Under the pieces are notes generated by a model. The model was not told where the DNA came from. It did not search any database and worked only from the letters and a program-made list of their open reading frames with translations. This document shows, piece after piece, positions 12,401 through 26,400 of a stretch of DNA of 57,372 nt. Position 1 is the stretch's first letter, and each line of letters begins with the position of its first letter. The translations under genes and the position numbers were made by a program. This stretch comes from Macrostomum lignano (Eukaryota). The DNA is taken from NCBI GenBank assembly GCA_002269645.1, contig NIVC01004161.1, forward strand, positions 1-57,372, in the 5' to 3' direction.

Positions 12401-15400
12401 AATCTCCATTCTTAGCCGCCTCTCGAGGATGCTAAACTTTAGCAGGGGCCGATTTCATAAAAAAGCTACAAGTGACAAGTGACAAGTCGACAAATGACAA
12501 GTGACAAGTGTCAAGCGTCAACGATTTTGGTTTTATAAACATGGGGGTCCTTACTCGTGTTAAAAATAACTCAATTTTATGTCTATGGTTGAGACACCAT
12601 ATGAAATCAACCCAGCCTTTAGACCACAGAGCACAATTTTAGGATCTGTGTTTTAGACAGACTTGCTTTAAAGACGGCCTCTGCGTTCTTCTTGGACTTT
12701 AATACACAGCTTTAATATAGCTTTTTGCAGCCCATTTGGGCTTACGCGCATTTAATTTAATCCAAGATAGGTTTGCCAATGTAACGGAGCTTTTGTCTAT
12801 GGTAGCAAGGCTGGCGCAGCGGCACTTAATTTAGTCCAACAAGCATCAATTTGGTCCATAGCTTTATTTGCAACTGTTGCGGAGGAGCAAGATCAGCCCC
12901 AGAGTTGTGGACCATGCTAGGTTTTCGAACGAATGCCACTGGCTTGTGATCAAAGCACTCAACAGAGGTGAACACCCAAAGGACATTGCAAGGTTGCTGA
13001 ATATAGAAGAAAGATGATTTACAGCATCCATCAGCGTGTTGAAACCACTTCTGGCATAGGTCGCCTGTGAAAGGTGGCAATCGCCAAGGCAAGTTGCTAG
13101 AGACTCAGGTCTAACTGCTACTTAATGCAACTGAGCCGAATCCTTTTTGACGTTGCAGAAAATGCAGCAGCAGTTGAAGGAACAGTTCCAGTTGGTTATC
13201 AGATTTGGACTATCAGCAGAGCTCTGGAAAAGCGACTGAAATTGCTGGTACAGACGCTGACATTCCAGCGGTGCGCAACAACCCTTAGGCGGTTGCGAGA
13301 AGGCAAGAGTTTGCCATTGGCTCACAAGCGTTTGGACCAAATTGATGCTTGTTGGACTGGATCGGATGCCGCTGCGCCAGCCTTGCTACCATAGACAAAG
13401 GGCCGTATGCAGAAAGCTCTGTCTAGGGTAGTCCGGTCTTGAAAAGCTAGTCTGGACTTGGATTTGGTATGCAGAAACGCAAAGTTAGACCGGTCTACTA
13501 TAGACAGAACTAGGGTAGCTAGACCATAGACCATAGACTGAACTACCCAAGTCCGGACTAGCTAGTCTGGACTAAGCTTTCTGCATACGGCCCAAAAGCT
13601 CCGTTACATTGGCAAACCTATCTTGGATTAAATTTAATGCGCGTAAGCCCAAATAAGCTGCAAAAAAGCTATACTCCTTTTTGCGGCCTAGTTGGTACTG
13701 CAAGCTTTCAATTTAATCATAGATACGGAAATCAGGCTTGCGAGACTGAAAATTTTCTGTCTATGGTCGACACTCGCTGGCATAGCGGAGTTCAATTTTA
13801 ATCCTGAGGGCATCAATTTGATCATTCTAATCATATAACGTTAGATATCCTGTCTTGAAATAAAATTCGCTTACTTATCGTTGACAAAACTGAAAACAGA
13901 ACTACACAATAAACAAATAAACGCTTTGGTGCTGGATGTTGTCTGAAAGCTACAAGTGTCACAGCGACTTGTCAAAAACACAAGACAAGAGGAAGTATTT
14001 TCACACAGAAGCATCCAGCTTAGTGCATGTCTATGGACGAAACCCCTGAAGAAGCGCTTGTAATTTGTCAAATTTTGCTTGTCACTTGTCACTTGTAACT
14101 TGTCGATTTGTCAAGCGGTAGCTGTTTTATGAAACGCATTATTTTGCGTAATTGTCACTTGTCACTTGTTATTTGTCCGACAAGTGATTTATGAAATAGG
14201 CCCCAGTAAAAGTTTTATCATTTTAGCTGAACTGCTACGCTCACGAAACCGCGATCTAGCAAGCTGCTAAAAACCAAGACTTTCGACCATAGACATCGCT
14301 CAGAAACCTCTCATCCGACTGCTAAGTTCGTGAAGCCGAAAGTTAGCAGACTATTAAAAATTAGAGTTCGACTGCTAGACTCAAGAAACCAAAAGCTGCC
14401 TAGCAGCTGCTAAATAGCAGCTAGCAGTGCTTCATGAAATTGGTCCCTGGAGTGGTGGGACGATGACTCCACGAATTTCAACGAAGGCGTTGAAATTTTA
14501 ATATACGCTCGTATTTTATTCATGTTACCAATGCATTAACGAAATCTTTAAGCTTGAGTCAGTTCTAAGCTCAAAATATCATTTTTTTCTGGCGGCTTCA
14601 ATTCGGTGCTGGAAAACATCCGCTTTCGAACAAATGAAATAATTTATAATTTTGTTATAATTTATCTAAAATTATAACAAATTTCCTTGAATTCTCGTCT
14701 CACTACGAGCGTATCGTTTACTTTCAGCATAAGCGACCATCCACTGTCTGTGTAAGACTGCAGATTTAATCCAAGCGTTATTACCCTTTACCTTTTATTC
14801 AATTACTCTTTTCTGATTTCCTTTAGCTGAAGAGCAGCCCTCTAAGGGTACTCAATGTGGGGCCGTAGCCCAGCGGTAGCGCAGGCTCTGGTGTGCCAGC
14901 GACCCAGGCTCGATTCCAAGTGCAGTCACATTAATTTGGGGCTGAATTGGAATCTCGGCTTGGCTCCGCTCGTGCAATTAACGGCCTTGAGAGCCACCCC
15001 CCCCTCCAAGGCACAGTGAAGTGTACATGCCTAACGATAAATAAAGTTAGGGCCGCTGTACACTCCTGTGTGAGTGTGTGCCTGCGTACGTATCCGCGCG
15101 CTTGTGTGCCTGCTCAGGGGAGTCGGCGGAATGGGCAGTAATGCCTCTCGCCGGTTGTGTGCCTATGTCGCTTAAAGTGCACCAGGGTGCACAAAACCCC
15201 CCTGCCTTTAATAAAAAAGGGTACTCAATGGTTTAAAAGAATTTACGAAGGAATGAGATTTTTAATTTGTTCACCATTGTACGTAACTATCGGTCGTAAT
15301 GCATGCACACTTTTCTTTGATGTCGCACCCAGTTTTATATTGTACAGTATCCCTGTACCTAACACCATTATCTAAGTAGTTTTTTGACATTCTTTCATAT

Positions 15401-18400
15401 CAAATAGTTCTAAATAGTGCACCTCAAATTTCCTGTAAAAATATCTACACATTATGCACCTTCTATTTTAGGATTCCACAATAAAAAAAAAATTGGTTGC
15501 ATTGGGTGTGGAGTTCATTAAATTGTATGTTTGCATTCTCTCCTAAATTTCCCTGGTAAAAGAGTTAGCTAACACACTATTAATTTCTCATGTAACCTTA
15601 ATTGGCTTTATTTCCAGTATTCGTCGTGTCGATAAAAGCGATAAAATACCATCCCGATTTGCCTACTAGTTTGTGCTACTTAACGTGAGTAGTAGCATGC
15701 GACGTTTTTTCGAGCAAAATTTCGATCACAAATCAAATCACGTCATGAATTTTCGAATCACAAAACGCGCTGCTGTTTCAATATTTGCACAAAAATCTTT
15801 CTATAATTTAACTCAACTTTTATATAATGACTGCTAAAAGTAAAATCCGAATAAATAAAAATTTATCCTTTCGACTGACAAAGCAAAATAAAAGTTCAGA
15901 AGTTTGATTAGCTTAACTATCTAAACAGTTTATAATTTAAACAAAAGTTGTGGAAAATCCGATGTACTTTGTTTTAATGCACTGAATGTTTTTTCAGCTT
16001 TGCATCGCCGCAGTACAGGTGAGACAGACAGCTGCATAGACAGACAAAAATATTTTTTCTATTGTGTATTCTCTATTTTTAGTGAACATCGATCCCATTT
16101 TTTTTCAAAAAGCTTCTTTAAATTAAAATAGAAACACTTTGACAGTGTTTATAAGCTTTTCAGTTCAGATTAAGCTTTGCTGATTAAATCATTACATTGC
16201 ATATATTGGCTTCCGATGACTATAAAGTAAAAATGTCATTTTTTGCTGAACAGGTTTTTAACTTAATGAGAATAAGAATAATAATGATCGTTGAAAAATG
16301 TTTTTAAACCTTAAAAATGCACAAAAATGCTACGAATTTAACTCTAAATGTATTTGTCTACATGGATATTAATCGTGTTAATTTGATTTCGTTATAACAA
16401 CTTCTAAGATATCAGATGAGACAAAATTATTCGTTCGGTATTTTCGCTCATGGAAGTCTACGAAGTTGTGCAATTAATCTGCAATCAACCTCAGCAAATA
16501 TTTTGATCTTTTAAACTCTGGAATTATATAGGTTCTAAAGTTCTAATTTTGTGTAGCCCTCTCACGTACTACGAGTATAAAATTTGACTGATTACTATTA
16601 GTAGTGCATGTTGATTTTTTCTGGATAGCGCAAGTTATTGTAGTAAAATTTTAAATTCCTGTGTTGTCTGTGAAATCAGCGAACCATTTTTAGTAAACAG
16701 TCGGATAGATGTATCTTGCTTTCAAAGTGTACTATAGCAACAATCACAGTTTATTAAATTTGCTTGCTTATTTAAAGACGCAATTAAAATTTCACTGGTA
16801 AAATCAAATGCTTATCACGATGGCAGTGCCACGAAAGTCGTTATGCCACAGAAGTATTCAAATATCTATAAAGTATATTTTACTTGAAATCTTTCCACTT
16901 TCAGATTAATTGAAGTGCCAGATCTCAAAGCAAGCGGAGGCAGAGGTAGACACAGTGTGCTCACCGAGGATCAAGAAGCCTATATACTTATTCAGGCGCT
17001 CAGAGACTCAAATCTGCCCCGCTTCGTAGCCGAAGATGTACCACTATTCGAAGCGATCATGTCGGATCTGTTTCCGAATTTTTCTGCACCGGATAAGCTG
17101 AGCGAACATCTTGACGTAAGGCCTGTTTGATCGTTTGAATTCGATTTTTTTCTTTCGTGTTCTTCAGTTTCAATTTAAACAAACATTCCTTCTCTCAGTC
17201 TACTTATCACAGAGTATGCACAGAATGCTTCAATAACGCATTTCGAGAGAATTTCTTGCACATGAATTACATTCTTCACTAGCTACTCTCATTGTGAAGA
17301 TAAGTAAATTAGGTTGTATGGCATTGTGTCTATAATAATGTTCTATATATAGGATTTTTTTAAAAACATTTTAATGATTAAGAATCTAACTCCTATCATT
17401 ATTAAAACTGATTAGGCAGAAGGCATTTCTTTTCTCTCCCCTCTATACTTTTAGTCTACCTATTCTCTACTCACCTGCTTCTTTTCTCTAATAATGTCTC
17501 TACGAATCTGTTCATTACATTTTTATCTTGATGTCAAGGCTTAGAGGGAAATTTCTGAGACGTCAAGGCTTCCTGATGGAATTGCTGAGATGTCAAGGCT
17601 TACTGGGGGAATTGCTGAGATGTCAAGGCTTACTGGGGGAATTGCTGAGATGTCAAGGCTTACTGATGGAATTGCTGAGATGTCAAGGCTTCCTGATGGA
17701 ATTGCTGAGATGTCAAGGCTTACTTGGGGAATTGCTGAGATGTCAAGGCTTACTTGGGGAATTGCTGAGATGTCAAGGCTTACGGGGGGAATTGCTGAGA
17801 TGTCAAGGCTTACGGGGGGAATTGCTGAGATGTCAAGGCTTACGGGGGGAATTGCTGAGATGTCAAGGCTTACTTGGGGAATTGCTGAGATGTCAAGGCT
17901 TACTTGGGGAATTGCTGAGATGTCAAGGCTTACGGGGGGAATTGCTGAGATGTCAAGGCTTACGGGGGGAATTGCTGAGATGTCAAGGCTTACTTGGGGA
18001 ATTGCTGAGATTTCAAGGCTTACTTGGAGAATTGCTGAGATGTCAAGGCTTCCTGATGGAATTGCTGAGATGTCAAGGCTTACTTGGAGAATTGCTGAGA
18101 TGTCAAGGCTTATTTGGAGAATTGCTAAGATTTCAAGGCTTACTGAGGGAATTGCTGAGATATCAAGGCTCAGGTCAAAAGCTATTCTTTGTTGGCTCCC
18201 CATGAGAGGGCGCTGATTGCCAGTCCAATTGCTAATTTTCACGCTAAAAAACCTGTTGTCAGGTGGCCATCCGTCAGAGCTGCCACGAGCTGGGCCTGCA
18301 GGTCTGGGAGTCGCAGGTGGCCAAAGTGCACCAGCTGTACAAGCAGCTGCTAGTCCGTCACGGAGTCATGCTTGTTGGCCCAACTTGCGGCGGCAAAACA

Positions 18401-20443
18401 GCTACACGGTTGATTCTGTTCAAAGCTCTGGGCCTGTTGCCAAGTGTGGTTTCTAGGGCTGAGGCTGCGGCCTCCGCCGCTGCTGCTGAAGCGGCTGGGA
18501 GAGCCAGCCAGACTCCGGTGCAGGTAAGCTCTTCTGAGTGCGATGAACGTCTGGTAACTTGGTTTTGATTTGGGGCATTTGCGACTTGCGATCTGGGAGC
18601 TATTGACTTCTAATTGGGGATCTGCTGACTTCTAATTGGGGATCTGCTGACTTTTAATTGGGGATCTGTTGACTTCTAATTGGGGATCTGCTGACTTCTA
18701 ATTGGAGATCTGCTGACTTCTAATTTGGGGATCTGCTGACTTCTAATTGGGGATCTGCTGACTTCTAATCGGGGATCTGCTGACTTCTAATTGGGGATCT
18801 GCTGACTTCTAATTGGGGATCTGCTGACTTCTAATTGGGGATCTGCTGACTTCTAATTGGGGATCTGCTGACTTTTAATTGGGGATCTGCTGACTTCTAA
18901 TTTGGGGATCTGCTGACTTCTAATTGGGGATCTGCTGACTTCTAATCGGGGATCTGTTGACTTCTAATTGGGGATCTGCTGACTTCTAATTGGGGATCTG
19001 CTGACTTCTAATTGGGGATCTGCTGACTTCTAATTGGGGATCTGCTGACTTTTAATTGGGGATCTGCTGACTTCTAATTTGGGGATCTGCTGACTTCTAA
19101 TTGGGGATCTGCTGACTTCTAATCGGGGATCTGTTGACTTCTAATTGGGGATCTGCTGACTTCTAATTGGGGATCTGCTGACTTCTAATTGGGGATCTGC
19201 TGACTTCTAATCGGGGATCTGTTGACTTCTAATTGGGGATCTGCTGACTTCTAATTTGGGGATCTGCTGACTTCTAATTGGGGATCTGCTGACTTCTAAT
19301 TGGGGATCTGCTGACTTCTAATTGGGGATCTGCTGACTTCTAATTGGGGATCTGCTGACTTCTAATTGGGGATCTGCTGACTTCTAATTGGAGATCTGCT
19401 GACTTCTAGTTGGGGATCTGCTGACTTCTTACTGGGGATCTGCTGACTTCTTATTGGGGATCTGCTGACTTCTAATTGGGGATCTGCTGACTTCTTATTG
19501 GGGATCTGCTGACTTCTAGTTGGGGATCTGCTGACTTCTAATTGGGGATCTGTTGACTTCTAATTGGGGATCTGCTGACTTCTAATTGGGGATCTGTTGA
19601 CTTCTAATTGGGGATCTGCTGACTTCTAGTTGGGGATCTACTGACTTCTAGCTCGTAATTGGGGATCTGCTGACTTCTTATTGGGGATCTGCTGACTTCT
19701 AATTTGACCTTTAAGTTTGAATCTAATGGTTTCCAAAAGAAAATCAATATTTTTCTCCGATAAACCGCAAATCAACCAATGAACTCGACAGTCGGCAAGA
19801 TCAAAGAGATTGTCGGCAAAGCAGAAGGAGCGCAAAAAGGAAGCAGAAGGAAACAGGACCGAAGAAACGGTATCCGAGATTTTTGCCTAGATTGAGTCCT
19901 TGTATTTTGTTTTATTCGGAATTCATTTTTATTCAGCTTACTTTATTTAGATGATTGGTTATTTTAATACAAAAAAATTATCCACTCGCGGTAACTTCAT
20001 GCCTTTTATTTACCCCCTCACACTTTATTTGAAATCCAGTAGCTAAATAAGGAAATGGAATGCTTTCCTTAGACTTCAGTTGCTTTTTTATGCTTTAAAA
20101 ACGCTGAAACCGCCTACACTTTACTGTTAGTAGTTGCAGTGCAGAGACTGCGAGTCATTCTTTACTACTTACGTCTCAGTAGGATTTATAGATTAACTAA
20201 TTTAGTTTTGTAATGTGTGTAGCAAAGGGATGTAAATGATTAGAATTTTTCGCTGAACAAAACCCGCAGAAGCCGCGCAAAGCTCACGTTGAGCACGTGA
20301 TTCTGAATCCGAAGTGCGTACAACTTGGCGAACTGTTTGGCTGCACAGATCCAAACACGTTTGAATGGACAGACGGTCTGGTTGCTAATATTGTTAGAAA
20401 GTTTACAAAAGCAGAAAATCAGCAACAACAGCAGCAACAGCAA

Positions 20444-20478
<35 letters not shown>

Positions 20479-23400
20479 ACAGTCACCTGAAACACCAAAA
20501 GTAAGAATAATAACCTCACATATATCTGTTTGGCTTACAAAGTGCCGCATTTAGTAATGCAATAATAGTACATTAATACCCATGCTTTAAGGGCGTTAAT
20601 GGATAAATAATCAGCGGTCCCAGTGCGTGACAACGATTATTTGCATTGTTTTTCTGTTTGACGATCCTACAGACAATGCATTGTTTGTAGTAATGGATTG
20701 TTCTGCACTAAAAATGTAAATAATGATCGTCAAATTGCTAAACAATGGGAAAATCAGAGGGCGCCGAGGATTTCTCATTAACGCCCGCAAAGCATCGGTA
20801 TTACTATCATTGTTCCCTTTTGTCTATGGTTTCCGGCATTCATACTTGCGGTAACAATTTAATTGTTTGTCGGCTTTTTTCGATTGTTGCCGGATTTCAG
20901 ACGAATGTATTTGGCTATCAAAACAAGGAACAACAATAGCAACACGGCGAAAGTGTTTCATAGTCACAAAAAGTTCTTAAGAACAAACCGATCGAATCAA
21001 TTGTTTTACTTTCCGTAAAAGTTGAATGTGCAGTTGTGGAACTGACCACCACAGAGGCTTCTCGGCAGGTCTTGGCCGCCCTCGGGTGCTTTCATCAGCT
21101 CGCCTCTTTTCCAGATCTTCGCTACCTAGCTCAGGCAGCCCGTTGGAACTGGACGACGCATCCAGGTTGTCCATCTCCAGAACGTAGCGCGTGCTCGACT
21201 CTCGGGTGACAAAAGCCAACTCGTCCGTGGAGAGTCCACATATTTCTCCGCCAGGAATGTTTGCGTAGCGAATCATAGCTACTTTTCCTATTTGCACTCC
21301 GAATAGGAGAATTAATTCAAGCTCAAAATCAACTTGAGAATTAACTCATGGCAGCCAGGCTAGCTGTCTTCACTGTCCTTTAAATTTGCCATAAACGATT
21401 AATTATCTCTACAACCCTTTCATTTAGAGAGCAACTAAATTTGCCATAGACGATTGATTATCTCTACAACCCTTTCAAAGCGCATTCCGGCAACAATCGC
21501 ATTTCATACTCAGCATCCGCACTATGTCTGGGCCATAGACAAGGGAAGTCAAAAGGGTACAATAATGACATGTACCGATTTTTTTCGGCAGCAATTGCTC
21601 TACTAAGCTTCAGCCGCTACGCGGCTTCAGCTTACGCAATTGCTGCCGAAAAAAATCGGTATATATCGATACATTGTGCCATAGACATTTGTGTCCTTGA
21701 CAAAGTGGGACAAAATTAGCGGGCAGTTAATGTTATTAACTGCCCGCTAATTTGCATTAGAGTAAGTTTGAAATAGACAATCGGGCGTTAAATGTCATAA
21801 ACTGCCCGCTAATTTGCATTAGAGTAAGTTTGAAATAGACAATCGGGCGTTGAATGTCATAAACTGCCCGCTAATTTGCATTAGAGTAAGTTTGAAATAG
21901 ACAATCGGGCGTTAAATGTCATAAACTGCCCGCTAATTTGCATTAGAGTAAGTTTGAAATAGACAATCGGGCGTTGAATGTCATTAACTGCCCGCTAATT
22001 TGCATTAAAGTAAGTGTGACTCCTGCAAGCGGGCTTAAATGTAGTGTATGGCATTAAAAGGCAAGAATAAGTGCCCAGCGGGCACAAATGTCATGGTACA
22101 GTAACATTTATGTTCGCATCACCTTTCGCGTCAGATAGCACAACTGTTACAGACTGATATGGACCATTTTCGTGCTATGGGTTTTGTTAAAAGGCACAAA
22201 AAGTTTTTTTTTGTTTTTTAAGACAAACACAGATATTCGCAGGAGCCTTCGGCGAAGTCGTTCCATAGCCAGTGTTGTGACAATTCTGTGCATTCCGCTG
22301 ACTTCAGAGCATGCACACACAAGCACGCCAATACTGTACGCAGGCACGCACTCACACACCGGCTCACACAGGGTGTACATCGTACGATTCAACCCTTGAA
22401 AAAAACTCCCTACGCCAGATTCCACGCGAAGGCTCGGCAGTGTCTTCAGAGAACGCCGGCTCGGCGACACCTGTTGAAGGCGAGGACGACGCTGCCAGCG
22501 TAGGCGACGTCGAGGGCAGAAAGCAGTCGGCAGAGTCGAAGAAGGATGAAGCAGGCGGTGGCCTGTCTAGCGGTCAGACTGAGAAGATTCTACCCTATCA
22601 AGGTAACGTTGATTTATAATTCTACGTAATCAACTTAAAAAATTGTTCAAGTATCGTAACAGCTAACACTTCTCTTTTGTATTCAACGATTAAACTTTTG
22701 TTGTCAACTTTCAGTTGCAGAAAAGATAGTGAGAGGTTGGTGCCGAAATTTACATGTACCTCATTTATTTTTACTGCTGTTTTTGTGTTAAAAACTTTTT
22801 TACTCACGCATGAATGATGAAGCTTCTCGTTGTATTTCTGTGTGCAATTTTAAAATCGATGCTTGATAAGACATGCTTATGGACCACTAGAAGTTTCCAT
22901 TTTATCAGGATGTAACAATTTGCGTACTTTGGACAAATATAAAGTTTTCAAAACTCTAGCAATAAAAATACAGTCAGAAACATCAACTTCAGGGCTTCAA
23001 ATATCCAAATAAGGCTGGTATGTCCTTGGTTGGAAGTTTGCTCGTAGGATAGCACAAAATACGATAGATTAGAATGTCATGGTAATTTTCAGTGGTCTTT
23101 GGAAATGCTTTGCGCAACTACTTTTATACACTCGTAAAATACAGCTTGTACTGCGACTTTCTGTGAAGACAATGGTTATTGATACAATTGTGATTGATGT
23201 ATGTATTAAAATTAATTTCAATAACTTTGCCGTGTTTTTAAAGTAAACAGAATGCTGTTTGCATCGGTCAGATTTTTTACGGCATTATTTCACAAGTTAG
23301 AAATGACAGAAAAACAAATGCAAAACTTCAGATTGGCGTTGGCTCGTTCTGGACGGCCCAGTCGACACACTCTGGGTGGAGAATCTCAACACGGTGCTGG

Positions 23401-26400
23401 ACGACTCCAAGGTGCTCTGTTTGGCCTCAGGCGAGCGTGTCGCCCTCACGCAATCAGTTCGACTGCTATTCGAAGTGGACTCGCTAGCCCAGGCGTCCCC
23501 GGCAACCATCAGCCGATGCGCCATGGTCTACATGGATCCGGTGCAGCTGGGCTGGCGACCCTTCGCGAGAACTTGGGCCGCCCGTCTGCCAAAAGATCTG
23601 CCCGAGAGCGGTCGCAAGCACCTGCTGGACCTGATGGAGCGCAGTGTCAGTCGCGGTCTGACGTTCCTGCGCGAGAAACCGCAGCACCAGCTGATCAGAT
23701 CGCCGGAGCTGGGCCCGGTGCAGACTCTGTGTCACCTGATGTCAGCCATGCTCAACTTCATGACCGATCATGGCGGTTTCGGCGCTCCAGACGCCGTAGC
23801 GACTGCAACGGCGGGTGCCGGCGCTGCACCTGCTGCCGATGTCGGAGGTCGCGGAGGCGGAGGTGCCGGCAGTCGAGCTGGCGAAGTGACGACAACAGGT
23901 GGACAAGCTGAGTAAGAATTTCATATTTACTAAAAATAAACAGCTAGAATTATTTTTCAATTTTTTCGACCAGCTGGTATTTAGACAACCAAGTCAACAT
24001 GCTTTGCAGCCAACTTCAAGTCAAGAAACGTCGTGTAGTTGTAGCGCCAAAGCCAAAAATGCGACAGTTGTAAGAGTTCGCAGAGGACTTTTAATCTAGT
24101 TTTACTTTTACTGAGTTTCAGTTGTTTCTTCTTCTTTTCTGTGATTTTCTTGTACTTCAAAAAATAGCTACTCCACTCTGCTACAAGCAGAAAAACACAT
24201 CTACTGGTTTATTATTGTTAAACTTCGATTTTAGTTTTTACCTCTTGTACGCTATAGTCTTTGCTTTACACTGAATATCGAATGACAGTGGCTGCTTTCA
24301 AGTGCATTGCTTTGCTTGTTAACGAACTCTCTAGAAACTAGTTGGATTTGTAAAAAAAATATAACACTCTAAAACCCTCAGAGCAAAGCAGCTCTACTAC
24401 ATGGAGAAGAACCCTAAAGAGCTCAAAAACCTTCTCGGCAAGCTATTCGTATTCGCCTTCACCTGGGCCTTTGGCGGAAATCTGAACCGTCAGGAAGAGA
24501 TGGACATCGACATCAGCAATTTGAAAGGTGCCGGTGGCGGCGGCGCTGGTGGCGGCGGCAGCAAACGGCCGATGGAGGACGTGGCGGACGAATTCGACAA
24601 CCTGGTGCACGAGTTGTTCGACACTGAGCCTCCACTTGGCGTGCGCCTGCCATCGGCCAGTCGCAACATCTTCGGCTATTTTGTCGATTTAGAATCTGGC
24701 AACTTTTTGCCCTGGGAGAGCCTTGTGCCGAGCTCCAGCAGCTTAGTTGAACGCGCCACCTCGGTTCTTGGTGGCAGCGGAGGTGTCGGAAGTTCCGGCG
24801 GCGCGGTATCGAGGAGGTCAACCCAGCCGGAGTTGGTGGCCACGGTTGACACGATCCGGTACTCCTTCCTGACTGCTCTGCTTCTGGTCAGTCGCAGTCC
24901 AGTGCTACTCGTTGGCGAGTCTGGTGTTGGTAAAACGGCCCTTTTAAGGTCACTATTGAAAAAGTTGGCCGAACCGAACGGCGCCTCTACGCAAGGCAAA
25001 TCTGTTCTCGGACAGGTGTTAAGCTACTCAGAGAAATCTGCAGGACTGCTGGAGAGTCTGCGAGCTCTGACGAACGATGGTGATGACGATGGGTCAGATG
25101 GTAAGTAGTGAGACAATATATTCCAATGTATTTCTAAATGCATTGTAGGGACAACTCGATTTAAAATTGATCTGTCTTGTGCAGCATTCATGGCTTTTAT
25201 CATGGCTTCTTGTCTTCACAAAGAACAAAGGGACAAATAGTTCGTATTTATGCATAGTATACTGTCAAAGTATGAATTTAAAAGTACAAATCAGTAAATT
25301 GGCATCTGCGAATGTTTCCAGCTTATCAGCAAACATTTCTGTGTAAGTTTCTGCCTAACAGCTAGAACCAGAATAACTGAAGCGTTTAACGATGTTTTAA
25401 TTCTGAACCATATCGTTTGTTTGTGCTTTTGCTAACCATGGTAAGACTTGAGCGGCAAAGTTGCATGTTAGACAGCTTTTTTGTTTGTCTTCAAAGCAGC
25501 GTTGTTAACAATAGTTTGCTATTACGTTTGTAATTTGTGTCGCACATTTTCTAGCTGAAATTCGACCATTCGCGAGCATCGAAGACTTGGATTTGGGTAA
25601 ATCTGGGGTTTCCTAGAAACTTAATCCCGTTTAGTTACGGCACATTTGAGTAGGCAGAGCATCAGCTACTCAATACTCGAATTTAATTTCACCCCTGAAT
25701 AGACATGCAATTAAAGTTTGTTAGTGTTGTCTTCCTTGTGTTCAAAGCTGTAGCGTCACTATCATTTTCTTATTGTTTTATTTGAGCACTTTATAACCAT
25801 CTATTAATTTTTTGACGTGACTTTCAGTTAATATAACTTACTTATTCGAGTGATTTGTGTTCTGTTTGCGGTACAAACAGTAATTTTCGATAGCATACCG
25901 TTATAGACCCTTAGATTTTAATGTTATCAAATATTAATCAACTTTTACGAGCTAGGGCAGGTGTTCGTCGGAGTTCTAGTGTAGTGGTGGTGTACGAGTG
26001 TACGATTTAATGTGAAGCAAGTAAAGTTTACTACAGAAAGAACTAAAGAAGCTAAAAATCATCAAAATGATTTTTCTGTAATATCTTAACACTAAATTAA
26101 AACTCTCTTAGACGGTGCCCAAACGGAGAAACAGGGCTTGGAGCACAGCCTCCTGTTTACCACATTCGAGTTCACTGCTCAAACGCGACCGTCTCGGCTG
26201 CAGTCGCAAATCTCCGGCCGACTTGTCAAACGCAGCCGCGACGTTCTCGGTCCCCGAAAGGGTCGTCGAATGGTGATCTTTGTCGACGACTTGAACATGC
26301 CGCTGCCTGACGAATTCGGCACTCAAGCTCCGCTAGAACTGCTGCGACAATTCCTCGATCTGGGTGGATTTTACGATCTGCAGAAGCTGAGCTGGCGCAG

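Larger units (their letters stand above)
12446..14203. mobile_element. Non-autonomous PIF/Harbinger-type DNA transposon with nested insertions
   Basis: TIR GGGCC(G/T)ATTTCATAAA at 12446 and inverted ending at 14203; CAG target duplication on both sides; subterminal (ACAAGTG)n/(CACTTGT)n repeats. Confidence 0.75.

Noticed and set aside
12825-13366. Possible hAT transposase remnant inside the long-TIR element
   Set aside because: Only a faint [12 protein letters not shown] resemblance with no sustained frame
12347-14447. Outer GGGACCAATTT inverted pair suggesting a fourth nested element
   Set aside because: Only 11 bp match and no target duplication
14859-14930. Possible tRNA gene
   Set aside because: Acceptor stem does not pair convincingly; it continues into a 360-bp body with an A-tail and TSD, so it is a SINE head
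17528-18242. Repeat ORFs on both strands ([10 protein letters not shown])n etc.
   Set aside because: Products of the 30-bp array inside a dynein intron; the same applies to ORFs at 5556-5946 and 8976-9392
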